A stretch of DNA of 63,995 nucleotides, counting the filler, from Acidimicrobiia bacterium (GTDB lineage Bacteria > Actinomycetota > Acidimicrobiia > Spongiisociales > CAZKJJ01): NCBI GenBank assembly GCA_046759765.1. It is 14 parts of 14 records of this genome, joined end to end, with 100 filler letters (N's around TTAATTAATTAA, not from the genome) between each part and the next. Parts side by side here need not be neighbours in the genome. Positions count along the whole stretch, not along the records: positions 19,009 to 23,612 come from JBHICV010000177.1; positions 23,713 to 28,312 come from JBHICV010000178.1; positions 28,413 to 33,008 come from JBHICV010000179.1; 11 more parts are not named here. The stretch is one strand, 5' to 3'. The notes beneath the pieces were generated by a model. That model was given only the letters and a program-made list of their open reading frames with translations, made no database searches and was not told the DNA's origin. Below are positions 19,029 to 30,361 of the stretch, one piece after another (positions within the stretch are counted from its first letter, which is position 1; every line of letters begins with the position of its first letter). A program made the translations under genes and the position numbers.

Positions 19029-20180
19029 ATGTCCGTGATCGATCGCCTGTACGAAGCAATCAGGCGGCCTGTACCCGCCCGGCCCGTCGGCTTCGTTCGG
19101 ATCGTCGTGGGTGCTGCGGCACTGCTCCGCGCCTGGGAAGGCGTGAAGATCATGTGGCCACTGACCCGTCCCGAGATTCTTCGCCTGCCGAATGCGGAGT
19201 GGGCTCCCGAACCTACCCCGGCACTGGTCATTGCGGTCCTTGTCGTCTGGGTCGCAGCCGCCCTCGCTTTCACTCTAGGACTGCGGACCCGCGCTGCCGG
19301 AGGCGTCCTCTTCATCGTGCTGGGGGTCGTTCTACTTTCCGATCAGCAGGCCTACAGCAATCACCTCTCCCGACTCGCTCTGCTCGTGCTTCTGCTTACC
19401 GTCGGCGATGCAGGAGCGGCGATGTCGCTCGACTCCAGGGTCAGCCCGAGGGAGACCGTCCCGGCCGGCCCGATTCTGCTCATGAAGGCACAGATCTCCA
19501 TCGTCTACGGATTCGCGGCGCTGACCAAGCTCAACGCCGGCTTCCTGGGCGGAGGGGTGCTCGCCGCCCAGTTGGGCACTGGCTTTGTTCCGGTCCCCGA
19601 CGGGCTCCGGGTGCCGGTGGTGATGATGACGCTCGCCGGCCTCGTAGTAGTTCTGGAGGCGTTTCTGGCACTGGGACTCTGGTCCCGTCGGTACCGGCCG
19701 GCGGCGCTGGTCCTCGGCCTGGCCTTTCATGTATCGATCGTGCTGCTGATGGATCCCGCAGTGCAGCTGGTCGTCTTTGCCTTGGAGATGCTGGCGGTCT
19801 ATCTGTTGTTCCTCGATCTCCAGCCGTCGTCGCGAGAGGTGGTGTTCGACGATGAATGCGGGTTCTGCAGTCGGATCGTGGCAGGTATCCGTGCGCTGGA
19901 CTGGCTGAGGGTGCACCGCTTCGTTGGATCCTCCGAGACCGCTGAGCTAGAGCGGCTCTCGGTCAGCCACGAGGAGGCGCTCACGTCTGTGCAGCTGGTG
20001 TCCCCGACAGAGCGAGCTGCAGGCTTCGCGGCCTTGGGGAATGTGGCCGAGCGGCTGCCAATCTCCTTTCTTTGGGCACCGCTCCATCGCCTGGTTGGCG
20101 GACCCGGCGAGCGTTTTTATCGAATCGTCGCGGAGCGTCGGAGGTGCCGGCGCAAGTTGGTTGTAGACCGTATCGGCTAG
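19029..20180 (+). CDS. HTTM (vitamin K-dependent carboxylase-like) membrane domain fused to a DCC1/DUF393 thiol-disulfide oxidoreductase domain
   Basis: RIVVG, LGLRTR, YSNH, QISIVY.FA.L.KLN..FL.G, FHV.I; C-terminal FDDECGFC...LDW...FYRIVAERR. Confidence 0.8.
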   Translation: MSVIDRLYEAIRRPVPARPVGFVRIVVGAAALLRAWEGVKIMWPLTRPEILRLPNAEWAPEPTPALVIAVLVVWVAAALAFTLGLRTRAAGGVLFIVLGVVLLSDQQAYSNHLSRLALLVLLLTVGDAGAAMSLDSRVSPRETVPAGPILLMKAQISIVYGFAALTKLNAGFLGGGVLAAQLGTGFVPVPDGLRVPVVMMTLAGLVVVLEAFLALGLWSRRYRPAALVLGLAFHVSIVLLMDPAVQLVVFALEMLAVYLLFLDLQPSSREVVFDDECGFCSRIVAGIRALDWLRVHRFVGSSETAELERLSVSHEEALTSVQLVSPTERAAGFAALGNVAERLPISFLWAPLHRLVGGPGERFYRIVAERRRCRRKLVVDRIG

Positions 20181-20226
20181 CTCGATCGTCTCCGGCGGAA
20201 AGCCGGCACCGTCCTAGGATCGGCTT

Positions 20227-22071
20227 GTGGAGCGGCCCAGCACCGCAGAGATACCCGACGCACCGGGCGCATACCTTTTCCGCGACGAACACGGCCAGGT
20301 CGTCTACGTCGGCAAGGCCAAGTCGCTGCGGAAGCGCGTCTCGTCGTACTTCACGAAACAACAGCCGGAGAGGGCCTCGATGTTGGAGACGGCCGAGAGT
20401 GTGGAGTGGATCGTCACTGCCAATGAGGTCGAAGCGCTGATGCTCGAGTACTCGCTCATTCAGCGTCATCGGCCCCGTTTCAACTATCGACTGCGCGATG
20501 ACAAGAGCTACCCATACCTCGCCTTGACGCGATCCGACGAGTGGCCCCGGGCCCGCGTGATGAGAGGGCGCAAGCGGAAGGGCACCCAATATTTCGGACC
20601 GTACGCGCACGCGTATGCCATCAGATCGACTCTCGACCTCCTCCTGAAGACCTTCCCGATCCGAACTTGCTCGGACTCTTTATTCCGGAGGCAGGAGGCG
20701 ATGGGCCGACCCTGCTTGCTCTATCACATCGGTAAGTGCTCGGGGCCTTGCATAGGAGATGTCTCCGCCGATGACTACGCCGAAATGGTGGAGGGTCTCG
20801 CCTCCTTCCTGGAGGGCGACACGGATGAAGTTGTGGGCCACCTCGAGAGGGAGATGAAGGAAGTCGCCGACGTGCTCGAATACGAGCAAGCCGCCCGCTA
20901 CCGCGACCAGCTGCGGGACGTGCGTCGTGCCATCGCTCGACAAGAGGTGGTCACCGACCGTCCGGAGGACTTCGATCTCGTGGCACTGGTGGAAGACGAG
21001 CTCGAGGCCGCGGTTCAGGTGCTCATGGTGCGTCGTGGGCGGGTCGTGGGTCGTTTGGGGACGATCATCGACAAGGTCGAGCCGCTCACCCCGGGTGAGA
21101 TCGTGGCCAGCATGCTGAGGGAGCTATACGGGGATGAGAAGCCGCCGCCACAGGTCCTGGTCCAAGAGATGCCTCCGGGTGCGGAGGTGTGGGAGGCATG
21201 GCTGGCGGAGCGCAGAGAAGGCCAAGTCTCACTCCGCGTCCCTCAACGGGGAGCCAAGCGCCGGCTCCTCGAGACGGCCGGTACGAACGCCCAGGAGGCC
21301 TTCGAGCGCCACCGGCTCCGGCGCCAGTCGGATCACAATGCGCGCGCTCGAGCGCTGAGAAGCCTGCAGGATGCGCTGGGCCTGGGAGACCCTCCGCTTC
21401 GGATCGAGGCCTTTGACATCTCCACCATCCAGGGAACGAACACGGTCGGGTCGATGGTCGTCTTCGAGGACGGGTTGCCACGCCGATCCGATTATCGGCA
21501 CTTCCGCGTTCGCACGATTCAGGAGCAGGACGACTTCGCGTCTATGGAGGAAGTGCTGCGCCGCCGCTTCCAGGCTTACCTGGCCGAGCGCGAGCTTCCG
21601 GTCGAGAAGCGGAAGCGGTTCGCCTATCCGCCGTCCCTGGTCGTGGTCGACGGCGGAGCCGGCCAGCTGGCCCGAGCTGTCAAGGTGTTGGACGAGCTGG
21701 AGCTGGATATCCCGGCGGTGGGTCTGGCGAAGCGCATGGAAGAGGTCTATCTACCCGGTGAGCCAGACCCCCTTCAGATAGCCCGCGACGCAGAGGCCCT
21801 CTATCTACTCCAGCAGGTGCGTGACGAGGCGCACCGGTTTGCCGTCACCTACCACCGCAAACTTCGGGCGAAGTCGATGGTCGACTCGATACTGGATGAC
21901 GTACAAGGCATTGGACCGGCGCGAAAGAAGAAGCTTCTCCGACACTTCGGATCGCTGAAGCGGATGAGAGAAGCCGACCTCGAGGCACTCGCGGAAGTGG
22001 TCCCCGCCACGGTGGCTGGCGACCTCTACGCTGCTCTACATGGACAAAGAAGGAATGCCCGTGCTGGATAG
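20227..22071 (+). CDS. uvrC: Excinuclease ABC subunit C
   Basis: GIY-YIG (PGAYLF...YVGKAKSLRKRV), DDKSYPY, RIEAFDIS, VDGG.GQ, RDEAHRFA, HhH. Confidence 0.98.
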   Translation: MERPSTAEIPDAPGAYLFRDEHGQVVYVGKAKSLRKRVSSYFTKQQPERASMLETAESVEWIVTANEVEALMLEYSLIQRHRPRFNYRLRDDKSYPYLALTRSDEWPRARVMRGRKRKGTQYFGPYAHAYAIRSTLDLLLKTFPIRTCSDSLFRRQEAMGRPCLLYHIGKCSGPCIGDVSADDYAEMVEGLASFLEGDTDEVVGHLEREMKEVADVLEYEQAARYRDQLRDVRRAIARQEVVTDRPEDFDLVALVEDELEAAVQVLMVRRGRVVGRLGTIIDKVEPLTPGEIVASMLRELYGDEKPPPQVLVQEMPPGAEVWEAWLAERREGQVSLRVPQRGAKRRLLETAGTNAQEAFERHRLRRQSDHNARARALRSLQDALGLGDPPLRIEAFDISTIQGTNTVGSMVVFEDGLPRRSDYRHFRVRTIQEQDDFASMEEVLRRRFQAYLAERELPVEKRKRFAYPPSLVVVDGGAGQLARAVKVLDELELDIPAVGLAKRMEEVYLPGEPDPLQIARDAEALYLLQQVRDEAHRFAVTYHRKLRAKSMVDSILDDVQGIGPARKKKLLRHFGSLKRMREADLEALAEVVPATVAGDLYAALHGQRRNARAG

Positions 22072-22921
22072 GCCCCAAGTGGTGGTGCTAACGGGCATGT
22101 CGGGCGCCGGGCGCTCGACTGCCGCGCGAGTACTGGAGGATTTGGGGTACTTCGTAGTGGACAACCTGCCGCCGACCCTCATCGGAGAGGTAGTTCGTGT
22201 CAACGACCTCGCCGAATCTCCGCGGCGGCTGGCGATGGTCGTGGACTCGCGCGGAGGATTTGCGCTCGAAGAGCTGACGGAGGCGATGGACGACCTCATG
22301 CGTCAAGGAGTCGGCGTTCTCTTGCTGTTCCTGGATGCCAACACAGAGGCGCTGATTCGACGCTACGAAGAGAACCGTCGTCCGCATCCGCTGGGTCTCG
22401 CCACACTGCCCGAATCCATTTCATCGGAGCGGGAGTTGTTCTCCGAGCTACGGGCGACCGCCGACCTCGTGGTGGATACCACCGACTTCAACGTTCATCA
22501 GCTTCGCGGGCGCATAGAGGAGCAGTTCCGGGAGGGCGAGCCTGAGCGCCCCATGCGCGTGGCTATCACTTCATTCGGTTTCAAGCACGGCTCGCCCCGG
22601 GACGCCGACCTGGTGCTCGACGCCCGCTTTCTTCCCAACCCATATTGGGAGGAAGAGCTGAGGCCGTTGTCAGGACTCGATGAGCCGGTCCGGGCCTTCG
22701 TTCTCGGTCATGAGGATGCCAAGGGATTCATCGAGCGACTGGAGGAACTTCTTGACTTCCTAATCCCGCGATTCCGAAACGAGGGCAAATCGTACGTCTC
22801 GGTCGCAATCGGCTGCACCGGTGGGAGGCACCGGTCAGTTGCCATCGCCTCAGAGCTGGCCCAATGGCTCGAGGACCAGGGTGTGTCCGTGTCGATCCAG
22901 CACCGAGACATCGACCGATGA
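22055..22921 (+). CDS. rapZ: RNase adapter RapZ
   Basis: TGMSGAGRS, VDNLPP, RRPHPL, SFGFKHG, RFLPNP, GCTGGRHRSV. Confidence 0.96.
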   Translation: MPVLDRPQVVVLTGMSGAGRSTAARVLEDLGYFVVDNLPPTLIGEVVRVNDLAESPRRLAMVVDSRGGFALEELTEAMDDLMRQGVGVLLLFLDANTEALIRRYEENRRPHPLGLATLPESISSERELFSELRATADLVVDTTDFNVHQLRGRIEEQFREGEPERPMRVAITSFGFKHGSPRDADLVLDARFLPNPYWEEELRPLSGLDEPVRAFVLGHEDAKGFIERLEELLDFLIPRFRNEGKSYVSVAIGCTGGRHRSVAIASELAQWLEDQGVSVSIQHRDIDR

Positions 22922-23612
22922 GCACCTACGAGCCTCAGACCCAGCTCAGCCCGCTAGAGCTGTCTCCGGGCGGGCCGGCGGTAGTCGCGATCGGCGGAGG
23001 CCATGGACTGGCGCAGGCCCTCGAGGCAGTTCTGGCGTACGCGTCGAGCGTGACCGGAATCGTCACTGTCGCCGACGACGGGGGAAGCTCCGGCCGGCTC
23101 ACCAGCACGCTGGACATCCCGCCACCGGGGGATGTTCGAAAGGCATTGCTGGCCCTGAGTCCTGAGCCGTCCGTTTTCGGCGAGCTGTTCGCGTACCGCT
23201 TCGAGGACACAGACGTGGCCGGCCACTCCCTCGGGAATCTGATACTCGCGTCGCTAACCGATCTGCTTGGCGACTTCACGACCGCTATCCGGACGGCGGA
23301 AGTCATGCTGGGTGCTCTGGGACGTGTGATACCGGCCGCGCCGACCTCGTTGCATCTGCAGGCGACCATTGACGGCACGATCGTTGAGGGCCAGGCCACC
23401 ATCAACAGCACCCGCGGCCGCATCGAGGAGATGAAGCTCATCCCCGAGGACACGAAGGCAACCCGCGAGGCTCTCGATGCCATTACGGAGGCAGACCAGA
23501 TCGTGATCGGCCCAGGGAGCCTCTATACGTCCCTGATCACGGCTCTGATGGTCCCGGGCATACCTGAGGCGGTCGAAGCCGCCCGCGGTCGTCTGATCTG
23601 GGTCATGAACCT
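22918..23612 (+). CDS. yvcK: YvcK/GlmR gluconeogenesis factor (UPF0052), truncated
   Basis: GGGHGL, VTVADDGGSSG, PPGD.R, GHSLGN, GPGSLYTS; uvrC-rapZ-yvcK synteny. Confidence 0.95.
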
Positions 23613-23712
23613 NNNNNNNNNNNNNNNNNNNNNNNNNNNNNNNNNNNNNNNNNNNNTTAATTAATTAANNNNNNNNNNNNNNNNNNNNNNNNNNNNNNNN
23701 NNNNNNNNNNNN

Positions 23713-24739
23713 GTTCGCCGTGGCGTCCGCGGGGGTCGGCCGCGCACTTCTCAGCCGTGCGAAGATCGCAGCCGCCGGCAGGGACGAGGTCGTGCTGCCC
23801 CTGGCACGCGCGACCGTCTCGGACCCCAGCCCGGCTGCTTCGTTCAATGTTTCGGGTCTCAGTCCCATTGTGACCAGCAATGAGGAGTTCTATCGAATCG
23901 ACACTGCACTCACCCCGCCGAGGATCGACCTGGAGGGCTGGTCGATGAGCATCACTGGCATGGTGGACCGCCCGTTGGAGCTCACCTATGAGCACCTGCT
24001 CGACATGCCAATGATCGAACGATATGTGACGCTTTGCTGCGTATCGAATGAAGTCGGTGGAAACCTCATCAGCAATGCCAAGTGGCTGGGCGTTCCGCTG
24101 GAGGACCTGCTGGTCCGGGCCGGAGTTCACGATGGTGCCACCCAGATCGTGGGTCGTTCTGTCGACAAGTTCACGGTTGGCTTCCCGACTGAGACAGCTC
24201 TCGACGGACGCGAGGCGCTAGTTGCAGTCGGCATGAACGGTGAGCCGCTTCCCTTCGAGCACGGCTTTCCGGCGCGCATCGTCGTGAGCGGTCTTTATGG
24301 ATATGTGTCGGCGACGAAGTGGCTCTCCGAAATCGAGCTAACCACTTGGGAGGCCTTTGACGCTTATTGGATTCCACGAGGGTGGTCGAAGGAGGGACCC
24401 GTCAAGACCCAGTCGCGCATCGACCTTCCCCGAAGCGGGGCAAGGCTGAACCCCGGGCTCAACCAAATCGCCGGCGTCGCTTGGGCCCAGAACCGAGGCA
24501 TAACCAAAGTCGAGGTTCGGACTGGCGACGACGCGTGGCGGGAAGCCCAGGTCTCGGAGCCGCTGTCCAAGGACACCTGGGTCCAATGGGCCATCGACTG
24601 GGACGCCCCGCCCGGCAGCCATCTCGTTTCCGTACGCGCCACCGACGCCACCGGTATAACCCAGGGCGCGACTCCCCGCCCACCCCGGCCCGACGGAGCC
24701 GAGGGATACCACTCGATCTCCGTGGCTGTCTCGGCCTAA
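23713..24739 (+). CDS. Molybdopterin-dependent oxidoreductase (sulfite oxidase family), C-terminal part
   Basis: FYRIDTAL, CVSNEVGG, MNGEPLP.EHGFP.R, GLYGYVSATKWL, YW..RGW. Confidence 0.93.
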
Positions 24740-24755
24740 CGGGCCGACGACAACG

Positions 24756-24807
24756 CGTTTCTGTCAATCGAGATGGCGCCTGGCGGCATTCAGATTGACA
24801 AGAAACG
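24756..24807. repeat. REP-like palindrome
   Basis: CGTTTCTGTCAATC...GATTGACAAGAAACG; related to 12896-12945. Confidence 0.7.
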
Positions 24808-24831
24808 GTGTCTGCCTGTCAAACTCGGCTG

Positions 24832-25917
24832 ATGGCCCTCAAAGCCGGAATCGTCGGGCTGCCCAACGTTGGCAAGAGCACGCTCTTCACTGCTCTGACG
24901 GCCGCTCAAGTGGAGCGGGCCGCCTACCCCTTCACCACGATCGATCCGAACGTGGGCGTGGTGCCGGTTCCCGACGGGAGGCTCGACCAGCTAGCCGGGA
25001 TCTTTCCCGACCGCGACGTGATCCCGGCAACAGTTGAGATCGTCGATATCGCCGGGCTCGTGAGAGGCGCGTCAGAAGGGGAGGGCCTCGGTAACCAGTT
25101 CCTCTCTCACATCCGGGCGGTCGACGCCATGCTGCACCTAGTCCGCTGCTTCGAGGACCCGAACGTCGCCTCGGTCACGGGAAAGCTCGATCCTGCAGAC
25201 GAAATCGACACAGTCCGCGATGAGCTGACGCTGGCCGACCTCCAAGTCCTAGAAGGCCGGCGTCAAAAGGCCGCGCGAGCGCATCGGACCGGTGACAAGA
25301 ATGCCGAACACTCCCTGAAGGCCATCGAAAAGCTGATCGCAGTCTTGACAGACGGCCGACCTTTCAGGTCGGAGCCGTGGACCGAGGAGGCCGAGCTCGC
25401 GATCCGCGATGCGCAGCTTCTGACGGCCAAGCCGCTGCTATACGTCTGCAACGTGGGTGAAGAGGAAAGTGACGATGCGTGTGTAGAGGTCGTCAGGCAG
25501 ATGGCGGCTTTGGAGCGAGCGCCGGTGGTTGTGATCTCCGCTCAGCTCGAGGCCGAGATCGCGGAGCTGGCGCCGGAGGATCAGCAAGAGTTTCGGAAAG
25601 AGGCCGGCGTCACCGAGCCGGGGACCTCGGTGCTCGCCCGCAAGACCTACCGGCTCCTTGGTCTCATCAGCTTCTTCACCACACCTACCCAGGTCCGAGC
25701 CTGGCAACTCCCCGAGGGCGGAACAGCCATCGAGGCAGCCGGCGAAATTCACACCGACTTTGCGGACCATTTCATACGAGCCGAGGTGTACCGAATCCCG
25801 GATCTCCTCGAGCAGGGAGGCGAGCCCCAGCTTCGCTCCGCGGGACTCATGCGAACGGAGGGCCGTGATTACGTCGTTACCGACGGCGACGTGATGCTGT
25901 TCAAGACCGACGCCTGA
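24832..25917 (+). CDS. ychF: Redox-regulated ATPase YchF
   Basis: GIVGLPNVGKST, YPFTTIDPN, DIAGLV.GAS.GEGLGN.FL, AAG.IHTDF, EGRDY.V.DGD. Confidence 0.95.
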   Translation: MALKAGIVGLPNVGKSTLFTALTAAQVERAAYPFTTIDPNVGVVPVPDGRLDQLAGIFPDRDVIPATVEIVDIAGLVRGASEGEGLGNQFLSHIRAVDAMLHLVRCFEDPNVASVTGKLDPADEIDTVRDELTLADLQVLEGRRQKAARAHRTGDKNAEHSLKAIEKLIAVLTDGRPFRSEPWTEEAELAIRDAQLLTAKPLLYVCNVGEEESDDACVEVVRQMAALERAPVVVISAQLEAEIAELAPEDQQEFRKEAGVTEPGTSVLARKTYRLLGLISFFTTPTQVRAWQLPEGGTAIEAAGEIHTDFADHFIRAEVYRIPDLLEQGGEPQLRSAGLMRTEGRDYVVTDGDVMLFKTDA

Positions 25918-25921
25918 GGGT

Positions 25922-26476
25922 TCACACCAGCGTCGGCAACAGATCCTTTACGTGGGTCCGCAGATCGAACTCCGGGTCGAGGAAACTCACGAAGGCAAGA
26001 CCGTTGAGGGTTGCCAAGAGCCGCTCGGACCGCAGCCGGGCTTCCTCCTCTGAAAGCTCAAGCGACTCGCGGCGCAAGGCGTCAGAGAACCGATCCACCC
26101 GCCGGTGGTGGTGCCCGAGCATCCGGTGGGCGAGCACCGGGTCTGTCAGGCCTCCGGACACGGCCAACTGGAGATAGATCTTGGCAAGGTCGGGCTGGCC
26201 GAGCACGAAGTCCAAGTAGGCGTCGACAAGCTCGGGAATCGAGTCGTGGCCCGCTCCATCCGGGCGCGGGTCGACGGCCGCGATGGCGTCTGCAATCACG
26301 CTGAGGATCGCCTCGTCCTTCGACTCGAACAGGTTGTAGAACGAGCCGGGCTTGATGGCTGCCCGCTGACAGATGGCCTTGATCGTCGTGCCATCGAGGC
26401 CTACTTCGCCCAACAGTGCCCGAGTCGCTTCGAGAATGCGGGATCTGGTCTCAATGCCGGTGCGGTAACGAGCCAT
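25922..26476 (-). CDS. TetR/AcrR family transcriptional regulator
   Basis: TR.RILEA...G..GTTIKAICQRA.I..GSFY.LF.SKD. Confidence 0.92.
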   Translation of the reverse strand: MARYRTGIETRSRILEATRALLGEVGLDGTTIKAICQRAAIKPGSFYNLFESKDEAILSVIADAIAAVDPRPDGAGHDSIPELVDAYLDFVLGQPDLAKIYLQLAVSGGLTDPVLAHRMLGHHHRRVDRFSDALRRESLELSEEEARLRSERLLATLNGLAFVSFLDPEFDLRTHVKDLLPTLV

Positions 26477-26499
26477 CGGAGTCCAAGTAGGCGAAAATA

Positions 26500-26511
26500 G
26501 AGTGTACACTC
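26500..26511. promoter_or_regulatory. Candidate TetR operator
   Basis: Perfect palindrome GAGTGTACACTC in the 52-bp gap between divergent tetR and acyl-CoA dehydrogenase genes. Confidence 0.6.
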
Positions 26512-26528
26512 AAATTACACAGGACGAC

Positions 26529-28312
26529 ATGGGTCACTTCCGAAACAACCTCCGCGACATCCACTTCAACCTCTTCGAGGTCAGCCGACTCGACGAGTAT
26601 CTCTCCTCAACCCCCTTCGACGTCGACTCGGACACCGCTCGCCTGATCCTCCAAGAGGTCGAGAACATGTCTCTGGGTGACTTCGGTGCCAGCTTCGAGG
26701 ACGCCGACCGCAACCCTGCCGAGCTCGTCGACGGAGGCGTGCGGCTGCCCGAGAGCCTCAAGCGCAGCCTCGACTCCTATTACGGCGCCGGCTGGCAGAG
26801 CTTCTCGATGCCGCCGGATTTCGGAGGTGCGGCTGCGCCTCCGTCGCTGCATTGGGCGATGCAGGAGATGTGGGCGGGGTCCAACCCGACGGCATACCTG
26901 ACGGCGGGAACCGGACTGATGGCCAGGGTCATCGCGGACGAGGGCACCGAGGAGCAGCGTGAGTTCTGGGCTCGCCAGATGATCGACCGACCCTGGGGCG
27001 GCACGATGGTCCTCACGGAGCCCGATGCGGGTTCAGATGTCGGAGCCGGCACCACCAAAGCCATCCCCGTCGAAGGCGACATCTATCACCTCGCGGGCGT
27101 CAAGCGGTTCATCACGTCGGGCGACAACGACTACTTCGAGAACATCGTTCACTTGGTGTTGGCCCGACCTCCCGACGCTCCGCCTGGGACCAAAGGGCTG
27201 TCGATGTTCATAGTGCCCAAGTACCTGGTATCGGAGGACGGGACAATCGGCGAGCGCAACGGCTATGTCATCTCCCGCCTCGAGGACAAGATGGGTATCA
27301 AGGCCTCGGCAACCTGCGAGATGGTCTTTGGTCAGGACTCACCTTGCGTCGGCTACTTGGTCGGAGGAATCCACGATGGAATCCGGCAGATGTTTCGTGT
27401 GATCGAATTCGCCCGTATGCTCATCGGCGCCAAGTCGCTGGCGACCTTCTCGAGTGGCTATCTCCATGCCTTGGAGTTCGCACAAGAGCGAGTCCAAGGG
27501 CCGGATATGACGCAGGCCACCGATAAAGCCGCCCCGCGAGTGGCGATCATCAATCATCCCAACGTGCGCCGGATGCTCATGCTCCAGAAGGCCTATGTCG
27601 AGGGACTGCGCGCGTTGTACTACTACACGGCTTGGGTGCACGATCAGTCTTTGCTCAGGCCGGACGACGACCGATGGGAGCGCCGCCAGGATCTCCTTTT
27701 GCCTCTCGTGAAGGGATACTCATCGGAGAAGGCCTACGAGCTTCTTGGTCAATCGCTCCAAGTCTTCGGCGGCAGTGGGTACACGAAGGACTACCCACTC
27801 GAGCAATACATACGGGACGTCAAGATCGACTCTCTGTACGAGGGCACTACCGGCATCCAGGCTCTCGATCTGTTCTTCCGGAAGATCATCCGGGACCGCG
27901 GAGAAACGCTCCAGGATCTGCTCACCGAAATTCACGAGTTCGTCAAGGCAGGAGAAGCTGAAGACTCGCTGGCGGACGAGCGAGAGCTGCTCGGAGCCGC
28001 GCTGGAGGACTTAAGAGGACAGCTCGAGGTGATGGTGTCGCACTCAATGGGCTACCTGCAAGAGCCCGCTGAGATCTATAAGACCGGCCTCCATGCCAAC
28101 CCATTCCTCGAGAGCCTCGCCGAGGTGGTGATTGGCTGGCTGCTGCTCCGACACGCCGAAGTCGCATTGGCCGCGCTCAACGGCCAAGACGAAGCCGACC
28201 GCCACTTCTACGAAGGAAAGGTCGCCTCGGCCCGCTTCTTCGCGAGGCACGCGCTGCCTGGCGTAGCGAGTCGGCGCCAGATGGCCGAGCAAGAAGACGG
28301 CTCGCTCATGGA
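26529..28312 (+). CDS. Acyl-CoA dehydrogenase (FadE5-like), truncated near the C-terminus
   Basis: N.RDI.FNLFE, TMVLTEPDAGSDVG, KRFITSGD, GTKGLS.F.VPK, RD.KIDSLYEGTT.IQ. Confidence 0.94.
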
Positions 28313-28412
28313 NNNNNNNNNNNNNNNNNNNNNNNNNNNNNNNNNNNNNNNNNNNNTTAATTAATTAANNNNNNNNNNNNNNNNNNNNNNNNNNNNNNNN
28401 NNNNNNNNNNNN

Positions 28413-29596
28413 TCTGCCAGCAAATCGCGATCGGTGGCCGGGAGGTCGACTGTGACGACAATCTCACTCGAAGATGTGGCCAGAACGGGGGTTCCGGCGT
28501 TCACGGGGCTTCCAAGTGTGACGAGCTCGTCGGCGATGCGCACCGCCCCGGAGAGAAACACCACCTCGCCCAGGTCGACGACTCCGTCGTTCTCCATTCC
28601 CACTGATTCCTGCCACTGCTTCAGCGCAGCCTCGGTTTCGTCATCGAAGATGCCATTGACCTCCAGACCGGTACCGAATCCCAACCTCAGAAGCGACTCC
28701 TGAAGTTGAGCGACGTCGGGACGCTCGGTATCGGTTATCGGGGCAACCACCATGAGGGTCTGGGAACCTGCCACGGTCGCGCCTGGGTCAGACAGAATGT
28801 CGGTGATTTGGACCGGCCCGGGAAGAAACACGACCTCGCCCAGATCGACCCTGCCATCTTCGGCGGCACCTAAGTTCTCCTGCCAGCGTTCGACCATGGC
28901 CTCAGTTGACGACGTGAAGTCCTCGTCGATCGTCACGGTTCCGTCGGGGTCGTAGCCGAGAGCGACCAGCGACTCCTCCAGCTGACGCACATCTGGGCCT
29001 TCAATGTTGCGCCGGAGGTTGCGCCAGGCGGGAATGTCGCCATAGAGCAGAGTGACCGGTTGGTTGTTGACCCAATAGAGGTTGCTGCCTTCAGAGGCGA
29101 TGCTGTATTCCTGTGCTACCGCAGTAAGCGTCCCTGCAACCCGGTTCACAATCATCAGCTCCCCATCGCCCAGGCCGATGTCGCGGAAGGCGGGTGCCTC
29201 GCCGTAGAGGAGAACGACGGGTTCGGCGTCGACCGAGTAGAGGATGGCGCCTTCGGTTACCACCTCTCCGGCATCGACCGAGGACGTCAAGATCCCGCTG
29301 AACCCAGTGGAGATCGGATCGCCCTCCGCAAAACCGAGGGTTCCGTCGAGGGTTTCGGTCTCGGTCAGGTCCGTGCGGACCACCTCGGCGGTTCTGATGG
29401 AAGCAGTCTGTTCGAAGCTCCCGTCTTCGCTGCCCCATATCAGCCAGTAACCGACTACTGCTATCGCAACCGCTGCGAGCGTGACTCCGGCGGCGAGCCA
29501 GCCGCGCTGGGGTTTTCGCGACTTGGCGGAACCATCCCGCGGCAGGGAGGTCTCAGTAAGAGTTTCCGTCGGGGTTTCGTTCCGCCTGCCGCTCAT
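28413..29596 (-). CDS. Peptidoglycan-binding efflux adaptor (MacA-like) with duplicated PG-binding module, truncated
   Basis: TM helix, V.R.DL...E..DGTL, and two units of PV.LLYG..PA.R...DV.QL..SL..LG...WQE..G...DG.VDLGEVVFL.G.V. Confidence 0.82.
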
Positions 29597-30189
29597 GACC
29601 CGGGACGTCCGTTGCCGGGTCCTCCGAGCCGGCCTCCGAAGGCATCGGTGAAGATCTCTTGGCAGATTTCATTGGCGGTTTGGAAAGCCGGATCGTTGGG
29701 ATCGATGGCTCCGCCAAACGGACCGCCGCCCTGGCCTGGTCCGAAGCCGGAGAAGTCGGGGTCGGGCATGTCGTAGCCGTTCTCGCGCATGCAAGCGGCG
29801 TATTCGACCAACGTGTCCTGAATCTCGGTCAAGTCCCTCCCAATGAATTGCTGGACAACGCCCTCGATGTGCTCCTGGCATACGCCGAACGCAGCTCTGA
29901 TGTCCTCGGGGTCTGCCCCCGGATCCCGGTCGAACCCTCCGAAGGTGATGTTTCCATTGGCATCGAGCTCGGGATCCGGCAGGTCGATCCCCTCGTCACG
30001 CATGCACTGCGTGAAGGCGAGAAAGGATTCCTCAACGTTGAGGTCTTCTGTTTCGCCGCTCGGTTCAGCGCCGATAGTGGTGTCGGTATCGCTGAGGCTG
30101 GCGACACCCTCGGCGGAAGCTTCGCTGCCACAAGCAACGGCGACGAGTGCTAGGGCGGCAAGCAGCCCAACCAGACTGGGTTTCATCAC
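29593..30189 (-). CDS. Lipoprotein with two CMR.(E/N)G..PDP repeats
   Basis: Lipobox AVAC; FTQCMRDEGIDLPDP and YAACMRENGYDMPDP; ATGA overlap with the adaptor gene. Confidence 0.8.
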   Translation of the reverse strand: MMKPSLVGLLAALALVAVACGSEASAEGVASLSDTDTTIGAEPSGETEDLNVEESFLAFTQCMRDEGIDLPDPELDANGNITFGGFDRDPGADPEDIRAAFGVCQEHIEGVVQQFIGRDLTEIQDTLVEYAACMRENGYDMPDPDFSGFGPGQGGGPFGGAIDPNDPAFQTANEICQEIFTDAFGGRLGGPGNGRPGS

Positions 30190-30361
30190 GCTCCTTCGAT
30201 CCCCAGGAGTGTGACAGACGGCCCTCAGCGGTTGATGAGACTCGCCTAAGAAAGGCGTGAGAATCAGTCTCCTCGGCGCTTCTTATCCAGTTCTCATCTG
30301 CCGTTCAGAGTTCCTTTACACGTGGGGTGCAACCTATGGGCAACTACGCAAGGAGTTGGCA

